Shown here one piece after another: positions 13,620 through 28,358 of a DNA stretch of 64,000 bases. Under the pieces are notes generated by a model. That model saw only the letters and a program-made list of their open reading frames with translations. It did no database searches and had not been told where the DNA came from. The DNA is from Octopus sinensis (taxonomy: Eukaryota). The stretch is taken from positions 25,172,001 to 25,236,000 of the forward strand of contig NC_043007.1 of the NCBI RefSeq assembly GCF_006345805.1, in the 5' to 3' direction. Made by a program: the position numbers and the translations under genes. Within the stretch, counting starts at the first letter, position 1. Every line of letters begins with the position of its first letter.

Positions 13620-13941
13620 TTCAGTCCCATCTTGGGCAAGTGTCTTCTGCTATAGCCCCGGGCCGACCAATGCCTTGTGAATGGATTTGGTAGACGGAAA
13701 CTGAAAGAAGCCTGTCGTATATATGTATATATATATATATATATGTGTGTGTTTGTGTGTCTGTGTTTGTCCCCCTGGCATTGCTTGACAACCGTTACTT
13801 AGCGGTTCGGCAAAAGAGACCGATAGAATAAGTACTGGGCTTACAAAAGTATAAGTCCCGGGGTCGAGTTGCTCGATTAAAGGCGGTGCTCCAGCATGGC
13901 CGCAGTCAAATGACTGAAACAAGTAAAAGAGTAAAAGAGAG
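13620..13941 (+). mobile_element. SINE family A, 5'-truncated, inverted relative to its neighbour
   Basis: Homologous to the other family-A copies. Confidence 0.85.
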
Positions 13942-14585
13942 TATATATATATATCTATATCAATATCTCAATTTACTTGGCTGAAGTTCCTCAAGGTGGT
14001 GCCCCCCGCATGGCTGTAGTGATTTTTCAGAGTTATGCAGAAAACATGTCTAGCTATGGGAAAATATTGGTTTCAAATTTTGGCACAAGGCCAGCAATTT
14101 CAGGGAGTTGGGTAAATTGATTACTTCAACCTCAATGTTCTATTGGTACTTATCTTTTGGACCTTGAAAGGATAAAGGTCAAAGTTGTCCTCGGCAGCAT
14201 TTGAAGTCAGAATGCAAAGGTGGATGAAATTGACATGCTAAAGATTCTGCCAGCTCTCTGCCTTGCTATCTTCTACTATAATAATACTCTTGTGTTTTTC
14301 TCCGTCACAACATATGAATGAGAAAGGAAGGGGTGATGGCAAACCTGGTTGCGGGATGATGGAAATTGTACAGTGAAAACAAAAAAATCAAACAGCGTTT
14401 CAACTCTGTGTGAGTATATGTATGTGTATGTAAAAGGTAGGTATGTGAATGTTTGTGTGTGTGTGCAATGGAAGTGGGATGGTGAACATTCAATGCTGAA
14501 AAGAAAGATCAAACAGCATTTCAACTCTGTATGAGTATATGTGTGTATGTGTGATTATTATGTTCCTTGTTTTGTACCCTATTAA

Positions 14586-15030
14586 CCCTTTCGTTTCCAA
14601 CCCGGCTGAAACTGGCTCTGGCTCTGAGTACAAATGTCTTATTTTCATAAGTTTTGAATTAAAAATCTTCAACCAAACTTTTGTCACAATTTCTGTTCCT
14701 AACACTAGCTTAATGATAACTAAGTTATTTTACTAAATTCTTTGTTATATTTAGCTCTTTAGCGTTCAGATTACTTTGTCAAATATAATGCTTATTTATC
14801 TACATCATTTTGAATTAATCTGGCATTGTCTCATAGTTTCAAAATTTCAATGATGTGATTATGTATTTTTGGAATAACATTGAAGGGTAGGTGTGAAAGG
14901 CCAGTTCCAGCCAGATTGAACATAAAAAAGCTAGTACATTTGAGCCGGATATGGCCAGTTTAAATGCTAAAGGGTGAAAGTAATTGAAAGAAACACAGAG
15001 CATCTCAAAATAAATACAGTAACAAAAGGG
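14586..15030 (+). mobile_element. piggyBac-type MITE with a second TTAA-type MITE nested at ~14751-14975
   Basis: TTAA|CCCTTTCG...AAAAGGG|TTAA termini. Confidence 0.8.
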
Positions 15031-15154
15031 TTAATATATAAAATACTACATTTCTGATGACACGGGGCCAGCTAGTGGGAAAATATTACCCTACTTGGAA
15101 ACAGATGAGGGTTTAGGAACAGAAAGAGCATCTGCAGGAGCCCATACAAAATCT

Positions 15155-15553
15155 GTGGCTGTGTGGTAAGTAGCTTGTTTACCAGCCACATGGTTCCGGG
15201 TTCAGTCCCACTGTGTGGCACCTTGGGCAAGTGTCTTCTACTATAGTCTCGGGCCGACCAAAGCCTTGTGAGTGGATTTGGTAGACGGAAACTGAAAGAA
15301 GCTCATCGTATATATGTATATATATATATATATACGCGTGTGTGTGTTTGTGCGTCTGTGTTTGTCCCCCTCGCATTGCTTGACAACCGATGCTGGTGTG
15401 TTTATGTCCCCGTTACTTAGCGGTTCGGCAAAAAAGAGACCGATAGAATAAGTACTGGGCTTACAAAAAGAATAAGTCCCAGGGTCGAGTTGCTCGACTA
15501 AAGGCGGTGCTCCAGCATGGCCGCAGTCAAATGACTGAAACAAGTAAAAGAGT
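15155..15553 (+). mobile_element. SINE family A
   Basis: Homologous to the other family-A copies. Confidence 0.85.
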
Positions 15554-15856
15554 AATTCTGTCTGAGTCATGCAAATATGGAGAAGTAGGCATTAAATGAT
15601 GATTATGATGACGAAAGAAATAATGATGCTGGTGTATGCATGTATGTATGTCTTCCATCCTATGTTGTTATAAATTTGCTTTTTATTTTAATGCATGTGT
15701 GTGTGTATGTCTATATCTGTTTCTTTTATCCATTTTGTTTTTAAATTTATCTTTTTTTCTATTTTTCTATGTTGCATGAGACTCAATTCTCAATTGTTTC
15801 ATAGTTACAGCTTCAACATTGAGCACAGTAACCAATGTCTGTTATAAATTATTTGT

Positions 15857-16420
15857 ATGTCGGTGGCACGTAAAAGCACCATCCGTTCGTGTCCGTTGCC
15901 AGCCTCGGCTGGCCCCCGTGCCGGTGACACGTAAAAGCACCGTCCGTTCGTGGCCGTTTGCCAGCTCTGTCTGGCCCTGTGTCGGTGGCACGTAAAAGCA
16001 CCGTCCGTTCGTGGCCGTTTGCCAGCTCTGTCTGGCCCTGTGTCGGTGACACGTAAAAGCACCGTCCGTTCGTGGCCGTTTGCCAGCTCTGTCTGGCCCT
16101 GTGTCGGTGGCACATAAAAAGCACCGTCCGTTCGTGGCCATTTGCCAGCTCTGTCTGGCACCTGTGTCGGTGGCACGTAAAAGCACCATCCGTTCGTGGC
16201 CGTTTGCCAGCTCTGTCTGGCACCTGTGCAGGTGGCATGTAAAAAACACCCACTACACTCGCGGAGTGGTTGGCGTTAGGAAGGGCATCCAGCCGTCGAA
16301 ACAATGCCAGATCTGACTGGGCCTGATGAAGCCTTCCGGCTTCACAGACCCCAGTAGAACCGTCCAACCCATGCTAGCATGGAAAGCGGACACTAAATGA
16401 TGATGATGATGATGATGATA
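15857..16420 (+). mobile_element. Repeat family D with seven 61-63-bp tandem units
   Basis: Units start near 15858, 15919, 15980, 16041, 16102, 16165 and 16227. Confidence 0.82.
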
Positions 16421-16644
16421 TATGTGTATGCATGATGACATACAAAGATGCGTGTGTGTGTGTGGATGGATGGATGTGTATAAATGGTCATACAAGCATG
16501 TAAGTGTATATGTGTATTTGAGAGCGTGTGTGTGTGTAAGTTTGTGCGTAAGTGTCTATGCTTTGCTTTATGTATAGGCATATATTTGTGTGTGGATTTA
16601 AAGATAGTTAGATTTGCCAGTCTTTTTTGCATTGTATACCAAGG

Positions 16645-16757
<113 letters not shown>

Positions 16758-17081
16758 CATATATATATATGTGTGTGTGAAGGTGCGTGGCTTAGTGATT
16801 AGGGCATTCAGCTCAGAATCATAAGGTCATGAGTTCAATTCCTGGCAACACGTGTCCTTGAGCAGGACACTTTATTTCACATTGCTCCAGTCCACTCGGC
16901 TGGCAAAAACGAGTAGTACCTATAATTCAAAGGGCCAGCCTTGTCACACTCTGTGTCACGCTGAATCTCCCTGAGAACTACATTAAGGGTACACATGTGT
17001 TTGCACGTTAATTTCACCAGCAAGCTGTTCCATTGATCGTATCAGCTGGGACCCTTGTCATCGTAACCAACAGAGTGCTCC

Positions 17082-17162
<81 letters not shown>

Positions 17163-17164
<2 letters not shown>

Positions 17165-17382
17165 TTCTTTATTGCCCACAAGGGGATAAACACAGAGAGG
17201 ACAAACAAAGTGATTATGTCGATTACATCGACCCTAGTGCATAACTGGTACTTTATTTATCGACCCCGAAAGGATGAAAGGCAAAGTCGACCTTGGCGGA
17301 ATTTGAACTCAGAACGTAACGGCGGACGAAATACTGCTAAGCATTCCGGCCAGTGTGCAAACGATTCTGCCAGCTCGCCGCC
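17163..17382 (-). mobile_element. tRNA-derived SINE family E
   Basis: Head GGCGGCGAGCTGGCAGAATCG. Other copies at 23975-24195, 32456-32668 and 61190-61570. Confidence 0.8.
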
Positions 17383-17389
17383 TTTTTAC

Positions 17390-17429
<40 letters not shown>

Positions 17430-17988
17430 GTGGGGGTGAGAAAAACAAAGTTATTTTATTCTACACAGGCTGAAATATTGGAAAAATAGAAGCTGAAAAT
17501 GCACTGAGAATAGTTAGATATTTTTATTAATATATTTAAAGCTTTGGTTTCACAGTTTACACTGATTTTCAAAAGTTCAAATAGAAAGACATGGCTTATG
17601 TTGCAGCTGTCTAGTGCTTGAAGCTTGCCCTGTTTTTATAGGGAGTTCATGGCTCAAATTAGTATATGTTTTGAATAGGATTTGATTTAGTAGAGGATAG
17701 TCACATGACTGGTCTTAGAAATTTTTGTATGCCTCCCCCCCCGCTATGTTAGTATCAAGTGACAATGTTTGGCATCATAAGTTAAGGCTGTCATGGTTGA
17801 CTGAACATATCCAAGCAATCAATGCTTTGAATATCTTCTCTCAAGTGTTTGTGGAGAATGAATACATGATTAAGTTTGTAACCTTTTGTATGTGCATTTG
17901 TGTCACTTGACAGTATATTTTACACCTAAAACGACTTTTTACATGTAAGTCATCTCCCCTTCTTCCTAGCTCTCCTGTGTGACCCCCA

Positions 17989-18209
17989 TGTCCGGCATTC
18001 GCCATGATAGATCGCTAGCCACTACACATTCTTTATTTTCTCTCCTTGTGTACACAACAAACAGATGTATTAGTATAATGCTCAGGAAGTGAAAAAGTCT
18101 TTAATGTTTCGAGGCTATGCTCTTCCACAGAAAGGAACACAGAAAGATAGAAGGAGAAAAAATAAAGAGTGTGTAGTGGTCAGCGATTTATCATGGCGAA
18201 GGCCAGACA
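17989..18209. mobile_element. MITE with ~59-bp TIRs
   Basis: 17989-18047 is the near-perfect reverse complement of 18151-18209. Confidence 0.7.
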
Positions 18210-18769
18210 GTGTATGTATGTATGCATATATATATATATATGCACACATGCATGGATACATAGATATATGTAGGTGTGTGTATGCATGTACATATAAATA
18301 TAGATATATGTATATAATATGTGCATTAGGTACTAAGTTACAATGTATACACGCATACACAACATGATGTGAGTATCAACATCTGCATTTAAAAACATAA
18401 GTCAATAAATAAATAAATAGTGTCTTTGATGTTTGAAATACCATGGTTACTAGGCAGGAAATATATGAAGGAAATATATAAATATGAATGAACTGTAAGA
18501 GTTTCTCATGGTGCAGAGGAAAGATAATGTAGCTGACCGACTGAACAGAAATGTCTTATGTCCAGTCGTGAATGCCTTGAATCCTTAATACACAGGAATA
18601 ACTATCGAAGAGATAATCCAAAGGATGGATATTCAATATATTTATAGCCTAAAGCTGTGATATATGTTATAATAAGCTACTTATACAAAGAACTCAGATC
18701 TTTCTTGTTTTGTTAATGTCTTCGTGTCTTTGTAGGAATATTCAAGTACACACTGTTTCACATTTCTTA

Positions 18770-18829
18770 CATGTGTGTATGTGTGTGTGTATATATATAT
18801 AAATACACACATATATATGTGTGCGTCTC

Positions 18830-18860
<31 letters not shown>

Positions 18861-19150
18861 ATGTATATATAAATACACACATATATATGTGTGCGTCTCT
18901 ATATATATATATATATGTGTGTGTGTATATATATATATAAATACACACATATATGTGTGCGTCTCTATATATATATATATATGTGTGTGTGTATGTATAT
19001 ATAAATATACACATATATATGTGTGCGTCTCTCTATATATATATATGTGTGTGTGTATGTATATATAAATATACACATATATATGTGTGCGTCTCTCTAT
19101 ATATATATATATGTGTGTGTGTATGTGTATATAAATATACACATATATCA
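18770..19150. repeat. ~60-bp compound minisatellite, ~6 copies
   Basis: Unit (TG)n(TA)n-AAATACACACATATATATGTGTGCGTCTC-(TA)n. Confidence 0.88.
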
Positions 19151-19400
19151 TCATCATCTTTTAATGTCCGCTCTCCATGCTGGCATGGATTGGATGGTTT
19201 GACAGGAGCTAGCCAGGTAGATGACTACCCCAAGCTACTATGCCTGTTTTGGCATGGTTTTTACAGGTGGATGTCCTTCCTAACACCAGCTATCCAGCAG
19301 ATTAAGTATATGAATGCATGTATGTATATATACATATATATATGTATACATGTGTGTGTGTATGTTTGCATACGTGTGTGTATGTATATATGTACATGTG

Positions 19401-19440
<40 letters not shown>

Positions 19441-19989
19441 CATGTATGTATTTATGTCTGTGTGTATGTATGCATGTATATATGTATGTGTGTATGTATG
19501 TATATATATATGTATGTGTGTAAGTATGTATGTATATATATATATATATATATATGCATGTATGTATGTTTGTAATACACTCCAAAGTGATACTACACAT
19601 TTTGCTTGTTCGTTCTTTCTGATATATCTGCCTGCTCAATGATGAACCACTTAGAGCCACTTTTTACTAAGCAGCTACAACACCACTATTGTTTTAGTTG
19701 CGGTTCAAGTCAGAATTTTAGTGGTAAACTAACTCAAGCACTTATTGTACACACCTATTACATTAAGTCATCAAATGAACCTCTTTATATACACACATAT
19801 GTATGTATGTATATATATATATATATATATATCTATATATATATATATATATATATATTATATGATTTGAAAACCCTAGTAGAATGCGAGAAAGCGCTAA
19901 TATATGATCTAAGTATATCAAGTATAAAAACATGTAAATTACAAATATCTGTAAATATAAACCATCATCCGATTTCTGAGTACCTCATT

Positions 19990-21485
<1,496 letters not shown>

Positions 21486-22359
21486 TTGCATATATTTTTG
21501 TATACTTGTAAGAGTCGAATGAGATCTCTTACCTTGGGGAAATTTTTCTATGACCAGATGCTCTCCTTGGTGCCAACCATCTCTAGTTTTCCACACACAC
21601 ACACTATTCTTTCAAGTATAAACAGCATGCTGCCTAAATGCATTTCCACTGCTCATATGGTATGACAGTGATATTCATTTATAATTAGTGCACAATGTCC
21701 AAACAAGGAAGCACAAATACTTACACACATACACACACGTCTGTATATTTAACAGTTGTTAAAAGCCCAACCTACCATGGCTCTCAGGTCTTACCACCTG
21801 GCATTAATGTCATTTTTATTTACTAATCTGCTCATATTTTTTTATGGATCTTCTTTTGTTTGGGAACATTTATTTTCGGACCAGACAGATTATGTATAAT
21901 CCATCCACTATACACTGATCTCAAATTTCTGAATTACTGTACATCCCCATCATTTAACAGGTCTTTGCTCTCTTCACAACATCTAAATAAGTGATGGTTG
22001 ATGAAGGATTGCATAAGGTTACTGTTATGTAATCAGTCTGATTGTCACTGAAACATTCGTAAGGATTTTGCAAGTAAATTATTTCTAACAATATTCTTTG
22101 GTGTTGTCTTTTGTATCTATACTTTGTGGTCATTATAGCCAGAAAATCCTGGATCATAACATTTCACTATAAGAGCACCATTTTTCATCATAGACTTCTA
22201 TTTTTAGTGTTATGTTCACTTGTTACTTTGACCTCACATATCTCACTCTCTCTGTCTCTCTCTCTTTCATAATTCTTGATGCTCACTTGCAATAATCTTT
22301 ATAGTATTCCTGCCCTGTTTCATAACCCATGTCTATACAATATTCTCTCCCTGTTTCAT

Positions 22360-22920
22360 AGCTTATGTCCTCTGAACACCTGCTGTCGCATTCAAGAAGA
22401 GTACAACTGGCGAGCGAATCTGTAATTAAGATCGTTCCACCGACCTCCCTGAATAGGGAGGAGCAAGCCTGCTTTCTCTCGGTAGTTGCTATGGCGAAAG
22501 AGGTAGTATGGAAGACGAGAGTGAAAGGAATTGTAACAGGCATGTTCATCTCCTGTCTTGAGCGAATCGACTTTTTCGTTTTCCACATGAAACGGAAAAT
22601 AAGGCTGGAGAAGAAATACCTGTCGCAAAGTGTGTTTCGTAAAAGATGGAAGTCTATAGCAAGTATGTTACGAGTGAAAGAACCTGTTTAAACGAGAATG
22701 TAAAAAAGGAGAAAGCAAACTCTTCAGTGTGAGTATGTGGTTTGTGGGGTCGATCGCATCCTCCGCTTCATTTTTGTAAATCACTCATTCTCATTTAATT
22801 GTATATATTTTAATTGTTTGTTTATTCATACCTTTCGTCTCATTCGATACCCTGACCCCAACGTTTGTTTTGTCTGTCCTCGTATCATCCCTCTTCCCCT
22901 CTTTTTTCTCTCAACTCTAT
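22360..22920 (+). mobile_element. 3' fragment of a Tx1/L1-like LINE (ORF2 C-terminus + 3' UTR)
   Basis: Encodes ...VAMAKEVVWKTRVKG...FFVFHMKRKIRLEKKYLSQSVFRKRW; homologous to the peptide at ~9990-10140 (minus). Ends at a (CT)n tract. Confidence 0.65.
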
Positions 22921-22924
22921 GATC

Positions 22925-22988
<64 letters not shown>

Positions 22989-25900
22989 CCTCCCTCCCTT
23001 TCTCTCTCAGCTATGTATTCTCTTCAGCAAGACACTTGCCCCTGTTCTTCTATCATATTTTTCTCATCTCTCAGTACTATGCCCCACACGGTTGAAGGAT
23101 CTTGTCTTGCAAGTACTTGGTGACTTCACCACTGCTAGTGTCACAAATAAAGCACCCAGCACACTCTGTGAAGTGGTTGGTGTTAAGAAGTGCATCCATT
23201 TCTATGCCAAAGCAGATACTGGAGCTTGGCATTGCAGCCCTCTGGTTTGTCAGTTCATGTCAAAATCATCCAACCCATGCCAGTATACAAAAGGAGACAT
23301 TAAATGATGAATATATATATATATATATATATATATCCTATGGGCTTCCATGCAGTATCTGTCTCCCAAATTTCACTCAGAAAGCATTCATTGACCTGAG
23401 GCCATAATAGAAGACACTCACTCACTCAAGGTGCCACACATAGGATGTGAACTCAAAACCTCATTGTTGTGAAGCAAATTCAGACACAGCCATGCCTGTG
23501 TCTGAGATAAAATTCTGTCGTAGTCAACTTGAGCGTTCATCATTCTGCTATAGTAAGTCCCATTAAAGCATTGTGGTTATTTCCCTTCCCTATAAACCTT
23601 AGTGGCCTGTGCTTATGGTAGAAATTATTTATGATTTAACTTAGGTTCATTCTTATTCCTGGTAGAATTTATGTGAGTAGCAGGTTACTACCTGTAACTT
23701 CAGGTATCCACAAACCTAAATCAGAAACCATTCTTTGTTGCAGTATCAGGGTGACAAACTGCAGAACTGTAATCATCCAGATAAAATGCTTAATGGCATT
23801 TCATCCGTTTACGTTCTAGGTTCAAATTCCACCAAATTCCACTTTGCCATTCATCCTTTTTTGGGCCAATAAAGTAAGTACCAGTTGATCACTGGGGTCA
23901 GTGTAAGTGACTTACCTCCTGTCTGGAATTGCTGGCCTTGTGCCAAAATTTGAAACCATTATTAGTTGCAGCTCAAAATGGAGAGCTGGCAGAACTGTTA
24001 GCATGCAGGGGCAAAATGTTTAGTGACGTTTTGTCCGTCTGTACATTCTGAGTTCAAATTCTGCTGAGGTTGACTTTTCTGTTCATCCTTCCAGGGTCAA
24101 TAAAATAAGTACCAGTTGTGCACTGGGGTCAATGTGATTGACTTATCCCCCCCACCTCAAAATTGTTAGCCTTGTGCTTAAATCAGAAACCATTATTAGT
24201 TGCAAGATCCTCACAGCCTTAAAATACCCCCATCCTGTTCCATCAATCCCATACCCCTCCATTAAGCTTTATCCTCAATCATCAGTCTCCACCATCAGAG
24301 CCAGTCCACTAATACTAATTAAACATGTTAACTAACCTAAGACACTCAAGACTGTTAAGAACATGATAATAACTGAAAAATTAATTAATTCATTCATTAA
24401 GCTGTTTAGTATTTGGCAGATTAACTTATTTGTCTATAAAACCACAATTAACTACAAATGTTCATTCAAGCACACCTGCTGAAAGTAATTTGTGGTAATG
24501 AGAAGTGGAGTAAGTGTGAGATGGCCTTGCGTTTAAGACGTTTGCCTTGCAATCATGTGGCTCTGAGTTCAATTCTGTTGTACAAAACCTTGGGCAAGTG
24601 TCTCCTGTCATAATCTCAGTGTGATTCAAGCCTTCATCATCATCATCATTTAACGTCCGTTTTCTGTGCTAGCATGGGTTGGACGGTTCGACCGGGGTCT
24701 GGGAAGCCAGGAGGCTGCACCAGGCTCCAGTCTGATCTGGCAGTGTTTCTACAGCTGGATGCCCTTCGTAACGCCAACCACTCCATGAGTGTAGTGGGTG
24801 CTTTTTACGTGCCACCAGCACAGGTGCCAGGGGAGGCTGGCATCGTCCGCGATCAGTTGGTGCTTTTTACGTGCCACTGGCACAGGTATCGTAACTACAA
24901 TTTCCATTTGATATTTATTTTGATATTGATGTACTTGACTCAATACGTTTCCTCAAGCACAGCAGGTCACTCTATGTTCCAAGGTAGGCACAGCAGGTCG
25001 TTTTGCAATCCAAGGTACTTTGGATGGGCTGGGGCTATGCGAAACTGGTGCAGTAAATGAAATTTGGTAAATGGAAACTGTTGACACTGAATGGAGGGAC
25101 TGTACTAGTTTTGGGGTACTGGACTTAATCTGTCAGCTGCTGTTGAAGTTTAGCTGAATCCATGCTGTTGCAAGCATTCTGACTAAATTACTGGCCTCTA
25201 CAAAATGTCACAGATACTTTCATATTCTGTCTAATCCATACAATAAAAGAAAAACATTAGTGTACCAGTGTTGTAACGTAGTAAAGTTCATCTTGTTAAC
25301 TGCTACATCTAAATATGGAGTCAGTATTTTAAAATGTTTTGTACAGTAAACTGTTTACTTATGTATTATTCATATTATGCATTTAATAAAATTGAAGAGA
25401 TGTTGGAAGAATGAGAAGCGTAGTCTTTTGTTTTCAAATCATCATCTGCTTTATTGTTAAAAGTTTACATGGACCATAACCGTTCCAAGAAAAGAACTTA
25501 AGAGAATGACATCAGAAAAATGAGATTAATGTTGTAGTCTGATTTTGTAATCATGAGTGAGGGTCCAAAACAAAAGAAGAAGAATAGAGAATGCTATGCT
25601 TATATTAGGGATTTAGCTGAACAGCTTGTGTGATTGTGTATCGATGAGAGAGAAAGAAATATAAAGAGGTGGTAAGTGAAAGAACAAAAATGACCCCTGC
25701 CATGGTTGATTTTTAAGTTAGTAGCTGTTTGGTAATTGTGCATTGCAGACTGTTCATGCTGACAAGCCTGGTTGCTGGACAACATCTGATATTGAGCTTA
25801 GCCTATCTACTAAGCATAAGACTGCATCCAATGCTTTGTGAATGAATTTGACAGATGGAATCTGTGAGGAAACCAGTCATATACAAGTGTGTGTGTGTCT

Positions 25901-26217
25901 TAGTGTCTGTGTTCATTCTCCTCTCCAACCATATGATGTCTCATGTTAATTTATTCATGTCCTTATAACATAGTAGCTCAGCAACAAGAAATCAATATAG
26001 AACTATTACAAGACTTAAAAAAAAAATAAGTACTACGGTCAATTTGTTCAACTAAAACCCTTCAAGGCAGCATGTTCACAGTCCAGTGCCTGAAGCAAGT
26101 AAAAGATAGAAGATAGCCTTGAAATCTAACCTCAACAAAGGTTCAATATAAAAGGTCAACATATCATCTAAAACTAAAAAACAAAAAGAAAGGACTCAGC
26201 TCATAGCATTCTATATT

Positions 26218-26484
26218 TTTGTTGGTTCTTGAGCCACGCCTGGCTCGTAAGGCCCGGTTTCCATGGCGTATAGGTTCCTCAGGTGAGCTGCAAGATGCAG
26301 GAGGAAAGGGGTGAGAGAAAGTTGCGGTGAAAGAGTCAGCAGAAGTTCGCCATTACCTTCTGCCAAATCGCATGGAGCTTAGGTGTTTTGCTCATAAACA
26401 CACACATCGCTTGGTCTGAGATTCGAACCCGCGATATCTCAACCGCGAGTCTGCTGCTCTAACCCCTAAGCCATGTGCCTCCAC
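26218..26484 (-). mobile_element. tRNA-derived SINE family F
   Basis: 13-bp TSD AGCATTCTATATT (26205-17 / 26485-97). Confidence 0.85.
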
Positions 26485-26843
26485 AGCATTCTATATTCCC
26501 CCAACAAGATGGCATGATCATGAATAGAATGCCTTTGAACTCAGGTCTACCTGATCAGAGATGTCCTAGGGCTAAACTCAACATCTAGAAAAAACACATC
26601 AGAGCAATGTAGAACAGAATGCTTTACTCAAGTACACAAAATGCCACCCAATCTAGGAATTGAACCCATGACCTCATCCATTGTAAGTTCAACATCCTAA
26701 CCACTAGACCATGCAGATAATTGGAAAATCTATGATCATAATCTTGTTGGATCATGGTTGACCTAGGGCCAATGCTTTCAGTTGCAATATACTGCTTTTA
26801 TTCCAATTAATTTTCGAAATAATGAAGAATTTAATAAAATTAC

Positions 26844-27058
26844 TTTACTCTTTTACTTGTTTCAGTCATTTGACTGTGGCCATGCTGGAGCACCACCTTT
26901 AGTTGGGCAAATTGACCCCAGGTCTTATTCTTTGTAAGCCTAGTACTTATTCTATTGGTTTCTTATGCTGAACCATTAAGTTACGGGGACATAAACACAC
27001 CAGCATCGGTTGTCAAGTGATGTTGGGTGAACAAACACAGACACATAAACACACACAC

Positions 27059-27131
<73 letters not shown>

Positions 27132-27297
27132 TATGACGGGCTTCTTTCAGTTTCTGTCTACCAAATCCACTCACAAGGCTTTCGTCGGCCTGAGGTTATA
27201 GTAGAAGACATTTGCCCAAGGTGCCACGCAGTAGGACTGGTCCTAGGACCATGTGGTTCATAAGCAAGCTACTTACCACACAGCCACTCCTACGCCT
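26844..27297 (-). mobile_element. SINE family A, 200 bp into the PLC intron
   Basis: Homologous to the other family-A copies. Confidence 0.85.
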
Positions 27298-27497
27298 GCG
27301 TTTGTCCAAATTAATCTAGTGTTTGAAACAACATGAAATTTTGATGGAGGGTTTTAATTTAGGTCACTTTAAAACAAGAACTTTGTAACGTAGAAAACAA
27401 GGTGGTCTTGTGCAGGTTGATATCAAATGAGTTGAACGTCAACAACATTATTTCTGTGTTTTTTGTTTCTGTCAAAGAAATTAAAAGTTAGACTCAC

Positions 27498-27596
27498 CTC
27501 TTCCCATTTAAGGAATTTGTTCCCTTTGATTAATTGGTCAGGTACATTTGGCCATTTTAGTTCAATTTGACGTACAGCAGTTTCAACTCCTGCCAT
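27498..27596 (-). CDS. PLCB: First coding exon of phospholipase C-beta (cephalopod PLC21 type, Gq effector)
   Basis: Minus strand gives MAGVETAVRQIELKWPNVPDQLIKGNKFLKWEE (33 codons, context caagATGG) followed by GAG|GTGAGT, a phase-0 donor. Closely matches the recalled squid/cuttlefish PLC21 N-terminus and the PLC-beta motif KG.KF.KW(D/E)(D/E). Too short to appear in the ORF track. Confidence 0.93.
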
Positions 27597-28326
27597 CTTG
27601 ACTCTTTATGCTGACTTACTTCTGTTGTTGTTGCTATTGGTTAGTTGCAGAAGATCAAATTCCATGTACAATTTTGATGTGTGGTGTTGGCAGCGGGGCT
27701 GTTCTGTTGTACTTTAATTTTATTCTTTCTTCTTGTTGTAATAACAGCAATAGTATTAATATTACTACAAGTAATAGTAGTTGTTCTTTTAGGTTTAAAA
27801 TACGTCAGGGTTTTTCTTTATATATATATAATTTTTACTTTTCAAGATTAAAAAAAGGAGCTGAAATATATATTTATTATATATTCAACAATACTAAGTT
27901 AAAAAATGATCCCAAAAGAGAAGTGAACTGAGTTTCTTTTTGTGAAAGGGCTTCAGTTAAGAAACTCAATTTATCTTAGAGAGTTTTTGAATAGAGAGAT
28001 GATCAATTCTGTTTCCCTTGTTGGTTTTCTTTTTAAAATCCAAAATCCAATTGTAGCTGAATTAATTTACAATTCCACAAGAAGCTTGCAAATAAAACAT
28101 ATATGTATATATATACATATATATATATAAGTAGCTCTCTGTTTTTCTTTTTATGTATATATACACACACACAGATTCTGTACTTTTTTTCCCACTAGTT
28201 GTTTTGGTTTCACTGGAGTGAAGTTGTTGATAACAATGGTAATTCCTCCTTGAAAAGAGAAACAAAAACAAAATTACATATATATTTGGGTATATGTATG
28301 TGTATATAAATGTATGCATATATGTA

Positions 28327-28358
<32 letters not shown>

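Noticed and set aside
15857-16250. 61-bp repeat array as a CRISPR array
   Set aside because: Eukaryotic context, near-identical tandem units with no unique spacers, no cas genes, and part of a dispersed repeat family.
21780-22350. Decayed processed pseudogene on the minus strand
   Set aside because: Only short stop-interrupted frames with no identifiable motif.
22283-22760. CpG-enriched segment with ORFs on both strands and a GTGAGT at 22729, initially read as a promoter or first exon
   Set aside because: The plus-strand peptide is homologous to the minus-strand peptide at ~9990-10140 and resembles a Tx1/L1-type ORF2 C-terminus. The Cys-rich minus ORF is its antisense shadow.
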